Origin: Asterias rubens
Taxonomy: Eukaryota
Assembly (NCBI RefSeq): GCF_902459465.1
Contig: NC_047073.1
Coordinates: 4,898,001 to 4,962,000 of the forward strand
Direction of reading: 5' to 3'
Length of the DNA stretch: 64,000 bases
A program made the position numbers and the translations under genes. The notes below the pieces were generated by a model, which was not told the DNA's origin, ran no database searches, and was given only the letters and a program-made list of their open reading frames with translations. Each line of letters starts with the position of its first letter. Positions within the stretch are counted from its first letter, which is position 1. Shown here one piece after another: positions 24,945 to 38,337 of this stretch.

Positions 24945-27543
24945 GGAGCTCAACACATGCACAATTCAAATATAATTTTCATTTGATCTGTTCAAATAAT
25001 GGCAATGGTTTTGTAGTACAATGCACAACACGTACAATCTTCATGTAGTACACGTCGAACTTGAGTGAGTACTTTTTGTTCAAGTTATTTGAAATGCACT
25101 CAACGTGAATGACTTTATCGAATACGGACAGCTGTTGTAAGGAATGAACTCTACTTTTTCATTGGTTTTCTTTGTGGGTCAAATTCAGACAAACAAAGGG
25201 GAATATAAACCACAATCGGAAACCATGGCTATAAACCACAATAGGAAACCATGGTTTCTGTATTTCCCAAAGCATATGGACTTGAGGTTTTGGGTTTGGC
25301 TTTAACGAGTCCTGATAAAATGATCTGATAATAGATGACTTTCAACCCAACAGAAGAAGAAGACAAAAGATTTAGTTTTTGTTTTATAGTAGACAAACTT
25401 TGGTATGGTTATTTTGGCACCGTCCCTGAAAGCCTTCACAGTATTTGTTAGCGGAAAGCCTTCTCGATGGTTAAATGGTGATGTTAGATGGTAATGGGAG
25501 AGGGCTTGAATTTGGGTGACAATTTTGAACAACACCAGAATCAAAATGAGAAAAACCTCCCACTTCCCCCAATAGTGACTTTGAACTATTTTTATTTGAA
25601 CAATTGCACTTGAATGGGTGTAAAGAGAACATCTCTTTTCGATGATAGGCCTTATACACATTGTGTATGCCTATTTTGAAAAATCAAATTTCTGTGGTAA
25701 TCAGTCTGCAGCCAGAGATGTAGTTCGTGCCCGCTGTCACCTTGCTATACGTGCATGGATTGACAGTTCTTTTGCCGTTTTCTCAACAAGTAAACACAGC
25801 TGTAGACGGCTGAAATTTTCATTATTTATTGATAAACTGGTCAGTAAATCTGAATGACTTTGACACAAACCAATGTGTAACAGACCCTCACTTCAGTACC
25901 GGTACTGCATTTCACAAGCAGTACATCACAGTACGAAAGAATAGGGGCAATAAGCAATTGCCTTACTGGTCATTGCCTTGGTTGCCCTTGAAACCCCTAA
26001 GTGAAAATTGTCAAAGCGGTGCCCTTTACCGAGTGAAAACTGCCTAGCCCCTACACATACAAAACATCAGGTCTGCCAGGGAGAAATTGTCAACAAATCA
26101 GGGAGGTATACATGTAATGTAACTTCAAAGATTATTACAAGGAAGATTGGTTTATTTTTAGGACTTTCTGCCAATCAGAGAAAGTTGGCAAATTCTGACC
26201 CCATCCTTTGTTTATTTGTGAAGCATAACAATTATTATGAACTCTTATTTGATGAGCACAAATTATTCCCACAAGGTTAGTAGGAAACATGACTCAAAAC
26301 CAACAGGAAATGTAAAATCCTCCAGTGTTTTTCTTGAATGAAAATTTCACAACAGGAACTGGTGGTGGTGGTTATACAATTATACAATTGTATAATGTAG
26401 GCCTATTGTCCCTATACTACAGTATCACTTCCCTAGCCGGAAATACAAAATCTACATATGCTTGTCACTAAGTCAACGAAGTATGCTTCAAAACAAACAA
26501 ACAAACGAATACAACAGATCAGATTAGTTGTGTTTATCTGCACTCACTGTCATACAATACATGCCTGTCAAGGGATGACTAATTACAATACGTGAAAAAT
26601 ACAATAATGGAAAAACACTCAATGTTGTATCATCATGACAGTGTCCATTATAGAGTACGCCTAATGTTCTTAGTACAGTACACAGTCTTTTGTTCGCTTT
26701 TTGTAATCCAATTTAAAATTAAACCAACCTGTGAAAATTTCATTTCAAAATATGGCTAGCTTTTTTTTTTATATCGCCAAAATATTGGCCACAAACCTTT
26801 TCTGCCGAGGTTGTATACTTTGAAGCATGAGCTTGCATGCAGTACCATACCACCGTGGGATGGGTCATCTTAAAAAAATTATTGCAGTATGCTTTTTGAA
26901 TAATTCAAGGGCGTGGTGCAAAATCTTTCCCTGTGTCTTTTAATATTAAATGCAACCCCCACATTTTTTAGTCTCCACTTCATTTCCCTCGAGAACGAAA
27001 GAAAGTACTCTTACTTTCCATCACTCTCAATTGAGAAGGAAAAATTATGCAGGAAATTGTACGTATCCCTTCCCAAAACGCCAGCATTTTTAATCCTTTC
27101 TCTCTGGGCTGAGCATTTCCAATAGTTTACCTAGAGTCTTGTCAACGGGTTGAAAATTTTCAACGGGTTGAATTTTGATCGCACCATCTTGAATGACTTC
27201 CTAAATTATGCGATGGCCATACATAACCCGAGGAAACTTATTTTCAAACAGGTCCCAAAATATGTTGGAAAAGTACTTTAAATATGTTAAGATTTTGGAG
27301 AAAACAGAAATGCTGCGCCGTTTTTATCGATTATAGATAACAACATCCAATAGTACTGTGTATTGAACCTCTATCCGTTTACAAGCTTAGTTTCAGAATC
27401 AAACAATGAATTTTTTTGTGTCCTTTAAAACCTTTGCACGAAAAATACTAACCAAAAAATGCCAATATGAAAGATTTGTGTTTCATTTCGACAGGTTACA
27501 GTCTATTGATTTACTATTGAGTGCAAAACAAATCTGTCTCATA

Positions 27544-27718
27544 CAGGCCTGATACTTCACACGGAGGCAACAAAGGCGATTGGTCATTGCCTCGCTGCCC
27601 TTGAATATGCTCTGGAAACTTACAAATTCCTCATACGGTACATAGGGTACCGGAGAAAGGAGAAAGTGCTGAGGGTGCCCTCGCCATTTAAAAAAAACCA
27701 AAGTATACAGGCCCGCTG
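27544..27718. mobile_element. CAGGCCTG-terminal MITE, 6-bp TSD
   Basis: caggcctgatacttc ... aagtatacaggcccgctg; CTCATA on both flanks. Further degenerate pieces lie near 13200-13361, 17020-17087, 23150-23207, 25940-26075 and 28560-28680. Confidence 0.72.
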
Positions 27719-30700
27719 CTCATAGACATAATAATTATGGTACGAACAGTCTAGACTCAATGGCCCGTGCGAAAAAGGCTTACGAGAAAATTCTTATAGT
27801 CCCAGGCAGTTTGTGAAATAACAAACATGTGAACCTTTGGTTTTTGGAACATTCTATGTTTTAATTCTGTATACAATCAACTTTTAAACCTGTCAAATTT
27901 TCATTTCAAAAGGTAGTTGAGAATTTTTAAAATCACCGAAACTTTGTTGTAACAACTTTTTCCCTTGGTTGATCATTTTTGTGGGATTCAAGCAAAATTA
28001 AATTAAGTTTAATTTCCGTTAAATTCAGAAACAGACTGACTTAAAAGTATATTTCTGCAGAGGAAATGTTTTCACAGAACAGAATATTTTACAAAGTAAT
28101 ACATATAGTTACATGATCAGCAATGTATGATCTGATCCAAGTCACTGTAACTGTCACACAGGGCTCCTTACATTACACTGTAGAAACGCATTCATGATTC
28201 AGATACATACTGGTCATGCTGGTAATGTTACAATACGTGTACAATGAACCTCATGTTTATGTTTATTGGGACCTGCACAGGTCGTTCTTTTAGTAAACAT
28301 TAAAAAGTTTGCATGGCACTGAGCGGGCATGCCCACTGACGGTACCGTGAAAAATGTTGATCTTGTTCCGCGCCAATATTGACGCTTTGACTTCCAATGT
28401 ATCTTTTAGTAAACAATCTGAAGCCGAATCCCCCCCCCCCACTATTTTTTGTGAAGGACTTGAAATCTTTTTCCTTTCAGAGATGCCATGGCCTACAGTG
28501 TATGTAAACGTAATGTATGTTGCCCCTGATCTTCTTGGCTTTTAGAGTGCCATACAAAACTTTCCCACAGACCAAAAATAGTTTCAGATTCTCTAATAAT
28601 GAAAGTGAAAGAAAGTCCCCTTTCGCGACTTTGCAAAATGAAAATGGTCATATCCTCTCAAAGATGGAATTCCACGCCTGATAACTGTGACTACTGTGAT
28701 ACTGATTGATAAGGTTTATTGCGAATAGCAAAATATCAAGAGAGGGCGCTGTTGAATCCACACAAAGGTATAGGCGTTGCGTGCGCGAGTCGCAGAAACT
28801 GCATAGAAACCGCCCCATATTCCTTCCCACAGTGCATTGCGTTTCTTAATGGCGATAAACCTAAATAGATAGAGTATACTCCTAGAGAGTATGATTCCGC
28901 TATAGTCGATAGTGGAATGAACATCACATACATGATAGTGTAGTGCAAGGAGTAGATAGACATGTAGACAACATTATTACTTTTACAAAGTATATACATG
29001 TAGTTATTGAAAGTGAAAGCTTCAATCGACCCTCACCGGAGCATTTATAAATTATATCCTCCTCTTACAATTTCACGCTATTATGCCTTTTTCTTTGAAT
29101 TGGGAAAAAAATAATGATGCCATATATCAACCGATGCCCTAATTATCTTTATTTGTTAATATGAAGTACGCAAACATATATTAAAACTTGATGGACATTG
29201 AAATGTTCACACTACACACCGATCTTCGATGACTTCAACTGGCCCCATTTGTTTTTAGTTTTTCCTGTTTTCACGGCAAACAAGAAAGTATGGTTCCCCG
29301 GTGAAGCCATACATGGAAGAAACATCTACAGTGACTACAAGTGTTCTTTGAGACTCTGTGTATGACTCTATAGCCAGCAGTTGTCTTCGTTTTATTCAAA
29401 ATATTTTTAATGAAATTTTAAAAATTACCATGGTTATTGACAAAAAATAACAAAAAAAAATAATTTTATAAAAAGTGTGAATAATTATTGGCTTGCAAAT
29501 CTGATTTTTATTTAGTTTTGTCCCCTTTTTTCTTAAAATTTATAATAAAGCGTATAAATTAGTGATAATTGAATCAACAAGCTGATGTTTAAATTTTAAT
29601 ATTAATAACAATATTGATATGAGGGTTAAAAAATAAAAATCTCCAAAATTATTAGAAAATGATATAAGGCACATGGCTTCTTTAAGCCTTTGTATTTGTT
29701 TTTTTTCAGAATGCTCAGCAAAATATTCAGTCACATGATTTGATCACCATGAATTGTGAATTGAAACAGTGTTTGATGAAACTTTTTCGGTGGGCAAATA
29801 TTTTTATATGGCCTTAACATTATGACATATTTTTGTACCTTGTAGAAATGCCTAAAATACCAAACTTTTTGCATTTACAAGTGCAAATAACCAGTGGAGC
29901 CTTACTTTTTTCTAAGTTTTGGTCAAGGGAGAGGATACTCTTTGCTTGGCAAATAAAACCAAAATTTTTTGATCTAGGGACTGTTTACATCGCGCACAGA
30001 GAGGTAAAAGATTTGCCACGATTTTAGGGACACCTCGAAAACAGGACCTCCTACGATACAACTATTGTAACTAATCAAAATACTACTTTATGAACTGAAA
30101 ATAAACGACAGTGGTTCTGGTTGTGGTGCACTGCCGAATCATATCTCTTCATTATTATCATTTTACTTTCCAATGTGAAAAAAGGAACATTTTTTTAAAA
30201 TTCTAATCTAACTAACCCCCCCCCCCCCCCCCCCCCCCGGTCGGCTAGCTACTAAAGAATAAATTTATTTTTTATATTGATTTAGCAGGAACACAAATTT
30301 ATGTACAACGCCGATGCACTGCACTACTGCTACTTGTGTTGTTTTGTTGTTTATCAATGAATTTACACAGACGTCATCTCCTTCAAACCAAGGTAAGATT
30401 TACACGTTATCGTGGTTAGTCCATGGAGGTAATTCTACCTCCATAGAATTACCTCCATAGTTAGTCATTTATCAACAATTCACCATCACTCCAATACCGC
30501 GTAATCTATGCATGCATATAACTTATAAGCATACAACAACGTAGGCAACACACACTAAACAACAAATAAATAAAAGACCGTTAACAAATAACTAGGGAGA
30601 CACTGCCGACCAAATACACCCTCCTCTCGACAAGCACGGGAGAAAAACTCATCCCTACTTCACTCAACCTCACTCTACCAAGTCTTATTCGAGTACATAC

Positions 30701-33161
30701 CTCATGAAATGATGTTTGGCTTCCGTTTTATGTGTAAATTCTTCCCATTTCTTTTCCACTGTACGGGTGATCTTCCATTTTGCCTTTTCCTTTTCTTACA
30801 ACACCGATTCTCAGCACGTAATATGCGCACCACAGATATCCGCGTGGGTTCCACACCCCAACATCATTCACGTAGTACACTATTGTGCAATCACTGTTCA
30901 TTGACAGGCGGGGTACCAGTGGAATCTGTGCGCGTGCTCTCCACGCACACCCATTTTTCTCAAAAAAGAAAGAAAACCCTGCTGGACTGGCTGCCCCATA
31001 GAGGTCGTACGTTACATCCCCGGCGGAGAGAGGAAGCCAGAGAAAGTGACAAAAAAAATGAAGAAGTGTTGTGGCGGTGGTGGCGTCAATAATTATTGTG
31101 TGTAATCGATGGACAGTTGGGATGGGAGAATTTTAAAGTTCAACTTTGACCGCTTGTTAACTATTTGGCTGTGGGTCAAAATTAGTTGCTATGTGAAATT
31201 ACAGTTCTATCTATCTATTAATATTATCTATCTATCTATCTTCCAATAAGATGAGTATAGTATAGGAGTATATTGGTCACGGGAATATCAAAAAATGTGC
31301 TACAAACTGACTTCAAGGTGCAAGTAGAAAGATGGGAGGCGATTCACCAGAATGTGATGATGATGGACGAATTGCTTATTGTTGCTGTTCAATATCTACA
31401 GCGAGTTCTAAGTGATATAAAGTTGGCCACAATTGATTTGATGATGTCAATAAACGGCAATTTTGTTTGCTCCTTTTGGTTGTTTTGCTGATGCATTCTT
31501 TAAAGAATGTTTGTTTTAAACGTTGCTTGTTGCTCTCGGTTTAATAAAAAAAAAAAAAAAAAAGGGGGAAAGGAGAGAAGACTGGGCCCCTACTACACAA
31601 AAATTGGTAATGGTAGTTCCTCTGAGAAAAAATCAACAACTCCACCATCAACAACAAAGCTGACACATCAATATAGCAGGCCTACCCGTTTTAGAGCCTG
31701 GGGGGGGGGGGGGGGGGCTCAGGTTCATGTGGTCACTATCTACTCTTCTTTGCCCGGCGCGATAATATCTCCAATTTGGGCCTAGAGTGAAGATTCTCGA
31801 CTCGCATAGAATATACAAATTATTTCCTTTTTTATGAACATATTTTATCAAAATAATAAAAGTGAATAAGCTTCATCAATGTTCCGGTTTGAAACTGTTT
31901 ACCACACAGTCTGCCCGTTTGGTATAGCCTATTTATATGTTCTGCACACCATAATGCAGCTAACGTTGTTGTAAGGTTTCTGAATGGCACCCAAAAAGTA
32001 TCGCAAACACAAGGTTATCTTCTCTTGGGTTAATTTTGTTCACCTCCCCGGTCACTCGCCTCCAGCACTCCGGCAAAAAAGTAAACTATAAACATGAACA
32101 GAAAACGGGGAAAACCAAATTAATGTCCAGACTGTGGCGCTGTGGTAAAACATGTCCTCTTCCTATTGCACCTCTGTTGGATGGAACCTTTAATATTCTT
32201 CAGATTTTGTTTTGAATCTAACCGTTTTACTAATTATTGCTAAGTTTGCATTTTGTATCTTTAATGTTGCGCACTGAGGTTTTGCAGTGTGCTATAATGT
32301 TTGGGCGTAGCCTACTGATCGATACGTAAGGCCATCTCATCGATCTGAATCCCAAGGCCAATGAAGACGCTAGTGGAGTGCCTAAACAATTTCTCCCATC
32401 AATCGTAAGTAAGAACCTTGTCGGGTGGTAGTTTGGGTTGCCCTTCGCCAGGAGCCGCCTTCGTGGACCATCGCTGTGTGACCCCGCAAACTAAAGCACT
32501 TGGAGGATAGCGCCCTCTATTCCGGCCTAATTCTCTACAAAAGAGCCCTTTCGAAACCCAGTGTCGTTTGCGTCACGGCCTTTTGAGTTATCGAAAGCCG
32601 TATTATTACAAAATCACAGATGAAGCCAAATTTAGAGCTGAAGTTGAAACCGACTATAGGCCGATACATTAAAATATTATGCAATTGAGTTATTACGTTT
32701 TGCTTACCTTAATAGGCCGCACGATGATCAGACGTCACTCGCAGCTCATGGATAAAAGCTCCCGATACTGGCATTTAACTGGCTTGACAGCTATCAAAAT
32801 GGTGTGCAAGGTCACTATCAGCGGGTAAGACCAGTGCCTGTCTGGTGACCCGTCTAACTCGGCTTAGTCCTCATATTATTATTTCATGCCCAAATTGGGG
32901 CAGGCACTGTAGATAGGGGCGTCAGTGCCACCATGGTGCAACAGAGGCCAGTCCAAACTTATCATTTTAGGGCAGAGAGGGTCCCCTCAATGTTACCAGT
33001 AGACTACACTGTGGTTTCATCCTGTGCAGTGTTATAGTGCCTATATCCCTGCCTGAAACCCTCCTTAAGAATTCCTGAGAGTCCAAGGACACAATGAAGA
33101 CGCAATAGGGGCGGGGTGAGGCTCGGTGTAACAATGCCCCGTCTTCGAGCAACACAAGTTA

Positions 33162-33307
33162 GGGTGCGTTCGTTTAGCTTCCCTGGGTCGACTCCGGTCT
33201 GCCCCCGGTGCGTTCGAATAGCTTTGACGCCATTCTAGGGGCTCACCCGGACTCGCTCGAGTGAGCACCACGGGGTAGACCCAGGGAAAAGCTAATCGAA
33301 CGCACCC
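33162..33307. mobile_element. 146-bp MITE (GGG termini)
   Basis: gggtgcgttcgtttagcttccctgggtc / gacccagggaaaagctaatcgaacgcaccc. Confidence 0.85.
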
Positions 33308-34019
33308 AAGGTGTCCGACTTTCATCGGTTGTCGATTGTGAAATCAGGACTTCGGGTATTGTAATCGTTGTAGTGCGATTTCGTTCCAGGAAATCACACA
33401 CGATGTTTGTTCTTACAACAAAAACAAGAATTAATTTTACCTGGGAAATTTACATTCCAGCTCGGAAATGAATCTAATTGAATGAAAGTTTCCCCCCTTT
33501 TTTCAGCGTCTATAGTCGCTGCAGTGACAAGACGCAGAAGACGCTTGTGTGTTTTCGACAAGTAGTTTTAAACTCATACGATTAAAACAATCGTTTTAAT
33601 TATTCTTATCACTCTTTGCACAATGCCAAGGGTCTATAGAATGATAAAAATGCTGGGTTCATACTTTATTCCGAAAGCGCCCTCTTTTGAATTAACCTCG
33701 TTCAGCCCATGGTTATTATTTCCCTTTGTTATCATGGGGGACAGAATCTCAGGGGGACAGTCGGACATCGGCATTAGGCCTCGTGAGTTAAACAAAAACA
33801 TCAGACTGATGGCAAAACAGACTAGGACTACAATAGCAACACAACATATCTATGGATCATAGTATGTATTTGCTTTCGTTGTCCCTTGCCCATCTCGGGG
33901 TATATTGTATTGTATTTTGTTTTGTACTGTTATGGCAAATACAATAATAATAACAAAAACAGACTACAAATACTAATAGGGGGCTCCTACTCACCAAAAG
34001 ATGGTAACACAGCGTTTAA

Positions 34020-34378
34020 TTAAATACACTGGACACTGTATTGTCAAAAACCAGTCTTCTCACTTGGTGTATCGCAACTTTAACCAACCTATGAAGTTGG
34101 TCGTCGAAGTTGCGAGATAAAAATGAAAGAAACACCCTTGTCAAATAAAGTTGTGTGCTTTCAGAATGATGCTTGAATTCGAGACCTCAAAATAATTCTA
34201 CTTCTGAGGTCTCGAAATGAAATTCGTGGAAAATTACTTCTTTCTCAAAAACTACGTTACTTCAGAGGGGGCCGTTTTTAACAATGTGTTATACAACCAA
34301 CAGCTCTCCATTACATGTTACCAAGTAAGGTTTTATGCTAATATTTATTTTGAGTAATTACCAATAGTGTCCAGTGTC
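34020..34378 (+). mobile_element. TTAA-MITE family B
   Basis: Colinear with 60560-60928; right end gagtaattaccaatagtgtccagtgtc. Confidence 0.88.
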
Positions 34379-36795
34379 AAGAGTTTAGAAGAAAACAAAC
34401 CATGCTAACAGTCAGAAGCAAAAATTACAACCGACTCCAAAAAAAGTTGAAGTATCTGTGCTTTATCATGACAGGTGGGGGGTAATCTTACAACTTTTAA
34501 ATTAAAATCTAAATCTAATTCATTGAATCTTTGTATGAACCACATAAATTAACAAGTATCAAATGTACACCAAAATATGTTCTCATTGTATCATACATGA
34601 ACGCACACCACGCGATTAAATAAATCATAACAGGCCTATTTGAAAATAATGATACATTATTCAGAATGTACAATAAATAGATAATTTATTTTGCTATAAC
34701 AGTGCACTAATAATTATCACCGCATTTATTTTATTTTTCTCTCATAAATCCACGACAAAAACACCAAGGATTATTTGCAAAACGTAACGTATTTGAAACT
34801 TGCTTATTTTCCCCCAAAGACGCGAGATTATAACATCAATTCAAAACAGCCAAATTGGTACTCTGACATTATTACTTTGTTAATTCACCCCAGAACGAAG
34901 ATCTGTTTTTGAGTTCCGAATTCTGTTTCAATCAATAGATGTTGAACTCCCATTTTTGTTTTTAAGGACTTTTATGTTGACGTTATCTCGTTATTCACCA
35001 CGAGTGAAACCATGACACTCCCATAACTTTATAAATTATTACTATTTCATTCAAACCTAATGGATATCATGGATGCTAAAACTGTTTCAAGTAAAACGCT
35101 CGCCTCCTAAATAATATACAATTATTCTCTACTGTCTACTCGGTTTGTAGCATGACAAGTGAAATCAGATTTACATTTCATATTTACATAAATCTCTCTG
35201 TAAAACCTAAATGCAAAGATAATATAAATATAATACGTAACCCCTGCATGACAATAATATTGAAGTGTTCCATAAAGTTTTACAATGGTCCGACCAAAAG
35301 TATATAATACACCGTTAGTGCTGTGTAGTTTAAGACACAGTCGCTTTTCCCCCTTATTTTGTCTTCTGTGCGAGTCGCAACTAATTCAAGGCGATTGATT
35401 ACTAGGGCTAACTGGCAGTCTGACTGTGTTCCCAACACTACTTGATGGCGCTCTATCCACTAAGTACGAAAAACCATGCACCAAAGCCTCATGAATGACT
35501 TGTTAACTTATTGTAAACTCATAACTTTTTTGTAAATAAAAGATTTGAAAGCCGTGGCGTTTTTTAAATTTTGTGTTGAAAGATATGGAGCGGATGCGCC
35601 TATTGCGTTCCAGGGTGTAAATTTTTAGCCAGGAGCATTCTGGGTAAACGAGAAAATCGCCACATTATTATAAGGCCCTTTTCCCAAGATGGAGTCTGGC
35701 CTGTGTACTCATTTAGTCCTCAAACATTCAACCACTAACTACTACAAATTGAAGATTAAAATAAAGTTAAGATGTCAACAATTACAACTGGTTTGATTTC
35801 AAAAGGTTGTGATTTTTTTTTTCTTTTTTTTTTTTCTTTTTTACAAATTCATGATTCGAGTTTGTTTAAATAATGACATAACACAATGGGGAGCCTATAG
35901 CTGTTAAATTGTGGTGCACTATAGCCCGATTATCTGACGCCACACTTCGAGGTTCGTGATAATAAGACAGGGGACCAGTCTAGGTGCACCCTTGAGTATT
36001 GTTTGCTGCCACCTACCGCTGAGTTTTTAAGTGAGTTGCAGTTTTGACAATACCATTGTGACAAGTGATGCCAGTTCACATTAATAAGTGTTCTAATTTT
36101 AAAACACATCACATGGTATTGTTATTATTCCTAATTAAAAACTATACCGATAACCATAATACCAAACAGAAGGCTATAATTATTGTCCTTGCAAGTTACT
36201 TTTATATTCATGATATCATCGGGCAAATTGGATCGATACTTGATGTATAGGTTTCATCACGAACACCCAAAATAGGGGAAGTTACCACACCCTTGAGGGC
36301 AACAGCAAAACTATTAACGCACTGTTTCATTAAACTCGTGTAAGTATACACTAGAGAGAAGACAAGAATGGATTTTCAGTTTTTGGTGTGGGGAGAGGGG
36401 GGGGGGGGGGGCGGGGGGAACCCACATGCAATCATGTGGGGACTGAAAACTCAATCTATACACATAGCCCGACGGGATTCGAACCACTGGCCAACCCGAC
36501 TGTCATTTCATGTTCGACGTAAACCACTCTAGAGAACGAAACTGTTAACTACAGTAAGCCTACTACTAATTTATCTTGTAAATAAGTTCCCCAAAGACTC
36601 ATTGCTTCACATTAACTGTTTGTAGTGGTGGTGGGTCACCTTCCAAAAAGTTTACCCAATACTCGATTACAAACAATTCAGAGCCATTTTGCAAGGTTGG
36701 CAACGAATTGGAAAATTCTGTGACATTGCTGGAATTTTACATTGAAAACAGCACACACTTTAAAAAACCCATAAATTAATTTCATACGAAAACGC

Positions 36796-37291
36796 NNNNN
36801 NNNNNNNNNNNNNNNNNNNNNNNNNNNNNNNNNNNNNNNNNNNNNNNNNNNNNNNNNNNNNNNNNNNNNNNNNNNNNNNNNNNNNNNNNNNNNNNNNNNN
36901 NNNNNNNNNNNNNNNNNNNNNNNNNNNNNNNNNNNNNNNNNNNNNNNNNNNNNNNNNNNNNNNNNNNNNNNNNNNNNNNNNNNNNNNNNNNNNNNNNNNN
37001 NNNNNNNNNNNNNNNNNNNNNNNNNNNNNNNNNNNNNNNNNNNNNNNNNNNNNNNNNNNNNNNNNNNNNNNNNNNNNNNNNNNNNNNNNNNNNNNNNNNN
37101 NNNNNNNNNNNNNNNNNNNNNNNNNNNNNNNNNNNNNNNNNNNNNNNNNNNNNNNNNNNNNNNNNNNNNNNNNNNNNNNNNNNNNNNNNNNNNNNNNNNN
37201 NNNNNNNNNNNNNNNNNNNNNNNNNNNNNNNNNNNNNNNNNNNNNNNNNNNNNNNNNNNNNNNNNNNNNNNNNNNNNNNNNNNNNNNNNNN
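36796..37291. other. Assembly gap (496 N)
   Basis: Run of N; the X-filled ORFs in the track are artefacts of it. Confidence 1.
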
Positions 37292-37592
37292 ATTTTGAAT
37301 ACAATAAACTGTGTACAAATAAATTGTTTCATTTTCTACCCTCGACCTTTTGACAAACTACTACGTACAGTCAACCCTTTTTGCTTTTCATGACAATGAG
37401 TAAAACTTGCATTTTCCTTAAAAATAAACTTATTTTGAAAAGTGTTTGTTTTTGTCCACAATAAATTGACACAAATGTTAGGCACCGTGGTCATGAACTT
37501 TCGGAGTGATAATGCTAATCGTTGGTAAAACTAACCACGGTAATTACAGAAGAGATCAATCTACCTCTAGACCTTTACGCACCATAAATAGG

Positions 37593-37606
37593 GCGCCCTC
37601 TGCTGG
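37593..37606 (-). promoter_or_regulatory. Perfect CTCF core motif
   Basis: GCGCCCTCTGCTGG, i.e. CCAGCAGAGGGCGC on the minus strand, matches CCASYAGRKGGCRS. Binding is not shown. Confidence 0.4.
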
Positions 37607-38337
37607 AGGTCAATGAAGGTTGCTCATTGGCCCATCCAATGCGCCGCGCGTACGTAATTGTTTCATAATCGTTTGACCTCAGCATGATGACGTCAAGGTT
37701 CAAGACAAAAAATACATCTCTGCGGAATTAGGGTTGAGCACAGGCTATACTGAACACAAGCTATACGATATTTTGGCTGGTAACCACACTCTACTTTGCT
37801 ATTAACGAAAGTTACTGTGCTACCAGCAAATTTAACCAATAAGTCACCGTACACCTTTTATGTACACTAAGCTTTTTACAATAAGTTGCCGTTTATCTGT
37901 GCGACAACAACTGAGCAAGGAAAGACAATTCCAATGTTTGCTATTATTTACATTTCCTTCAACTTAATAATAAAAATACGGTATGGTGTCCCCGTGCATA
38001 CATCATTAATAACAGTGAGAAGATGTCCCCTCCGAGCCACCATAGTACACTGTGACGTATGATCTCCACTTTTAATGATTATTAATAATTAGCAGTGAAA
38101 GTGGTAAAAGCTGGTTACTTGTGGGGACGCTAGGTGGCAGCAGACTTATAAATCGATTGCTCAGGATTATATGCGCATGCTCAGAACAATAAAAGACCCT
38201 TTCGCAAATACCCATTGCGCAAGTGCTAACTATTAAATGAGATGCATGCTGGTCTAGAAAGGGATCAAACTTGATCTCTAGCTACACCAGCATGCACCCC
38301 ATTCCACGCATAATAAGGTCTATGGAAATTTACCTGA

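Larger units (their letters stand above)
178..26280 (+). pseudogene. Candidate large, decayed multi-exon gene of unknown family
   Basis: Plus-strand, stop-poor frames, many opened by a YAG acceptor or closed by a GT donor: 178-254, 641-791, 841-1110 (90 codons, 1 stop), 6429-6713 (95 codons, 1 stop), 9990-10114, 11302-11568 (89 codons, 0 stops), 12108-12239, 12507-12634, 13488-13990 (frameshifted), 15002-15365 (1 stop), 15948-16148 (66 codons, 1 stop), 17255-17605 (116 codons, 2 stops), 18274-18441, 23232-23581 (open), 25642-25857, 26080-26280. Junctions 254/641 and 13990/15002 are phase-compatible. I recognise no domain, so the boundaries and the single-gene assumption are tentative. Confidence 0.45.

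Noticed and set aside
36450-36520. B-box (GGTTCGAATCC, minus strand) suggesting a tRNA gene
   Set aside because: No A box or cloverleaf; at best a decayed SINE head.
36678-37332. The three longest ORFs in the track (178-208 aa)
   Set aside because: They consist of X residues spanning the N gap.
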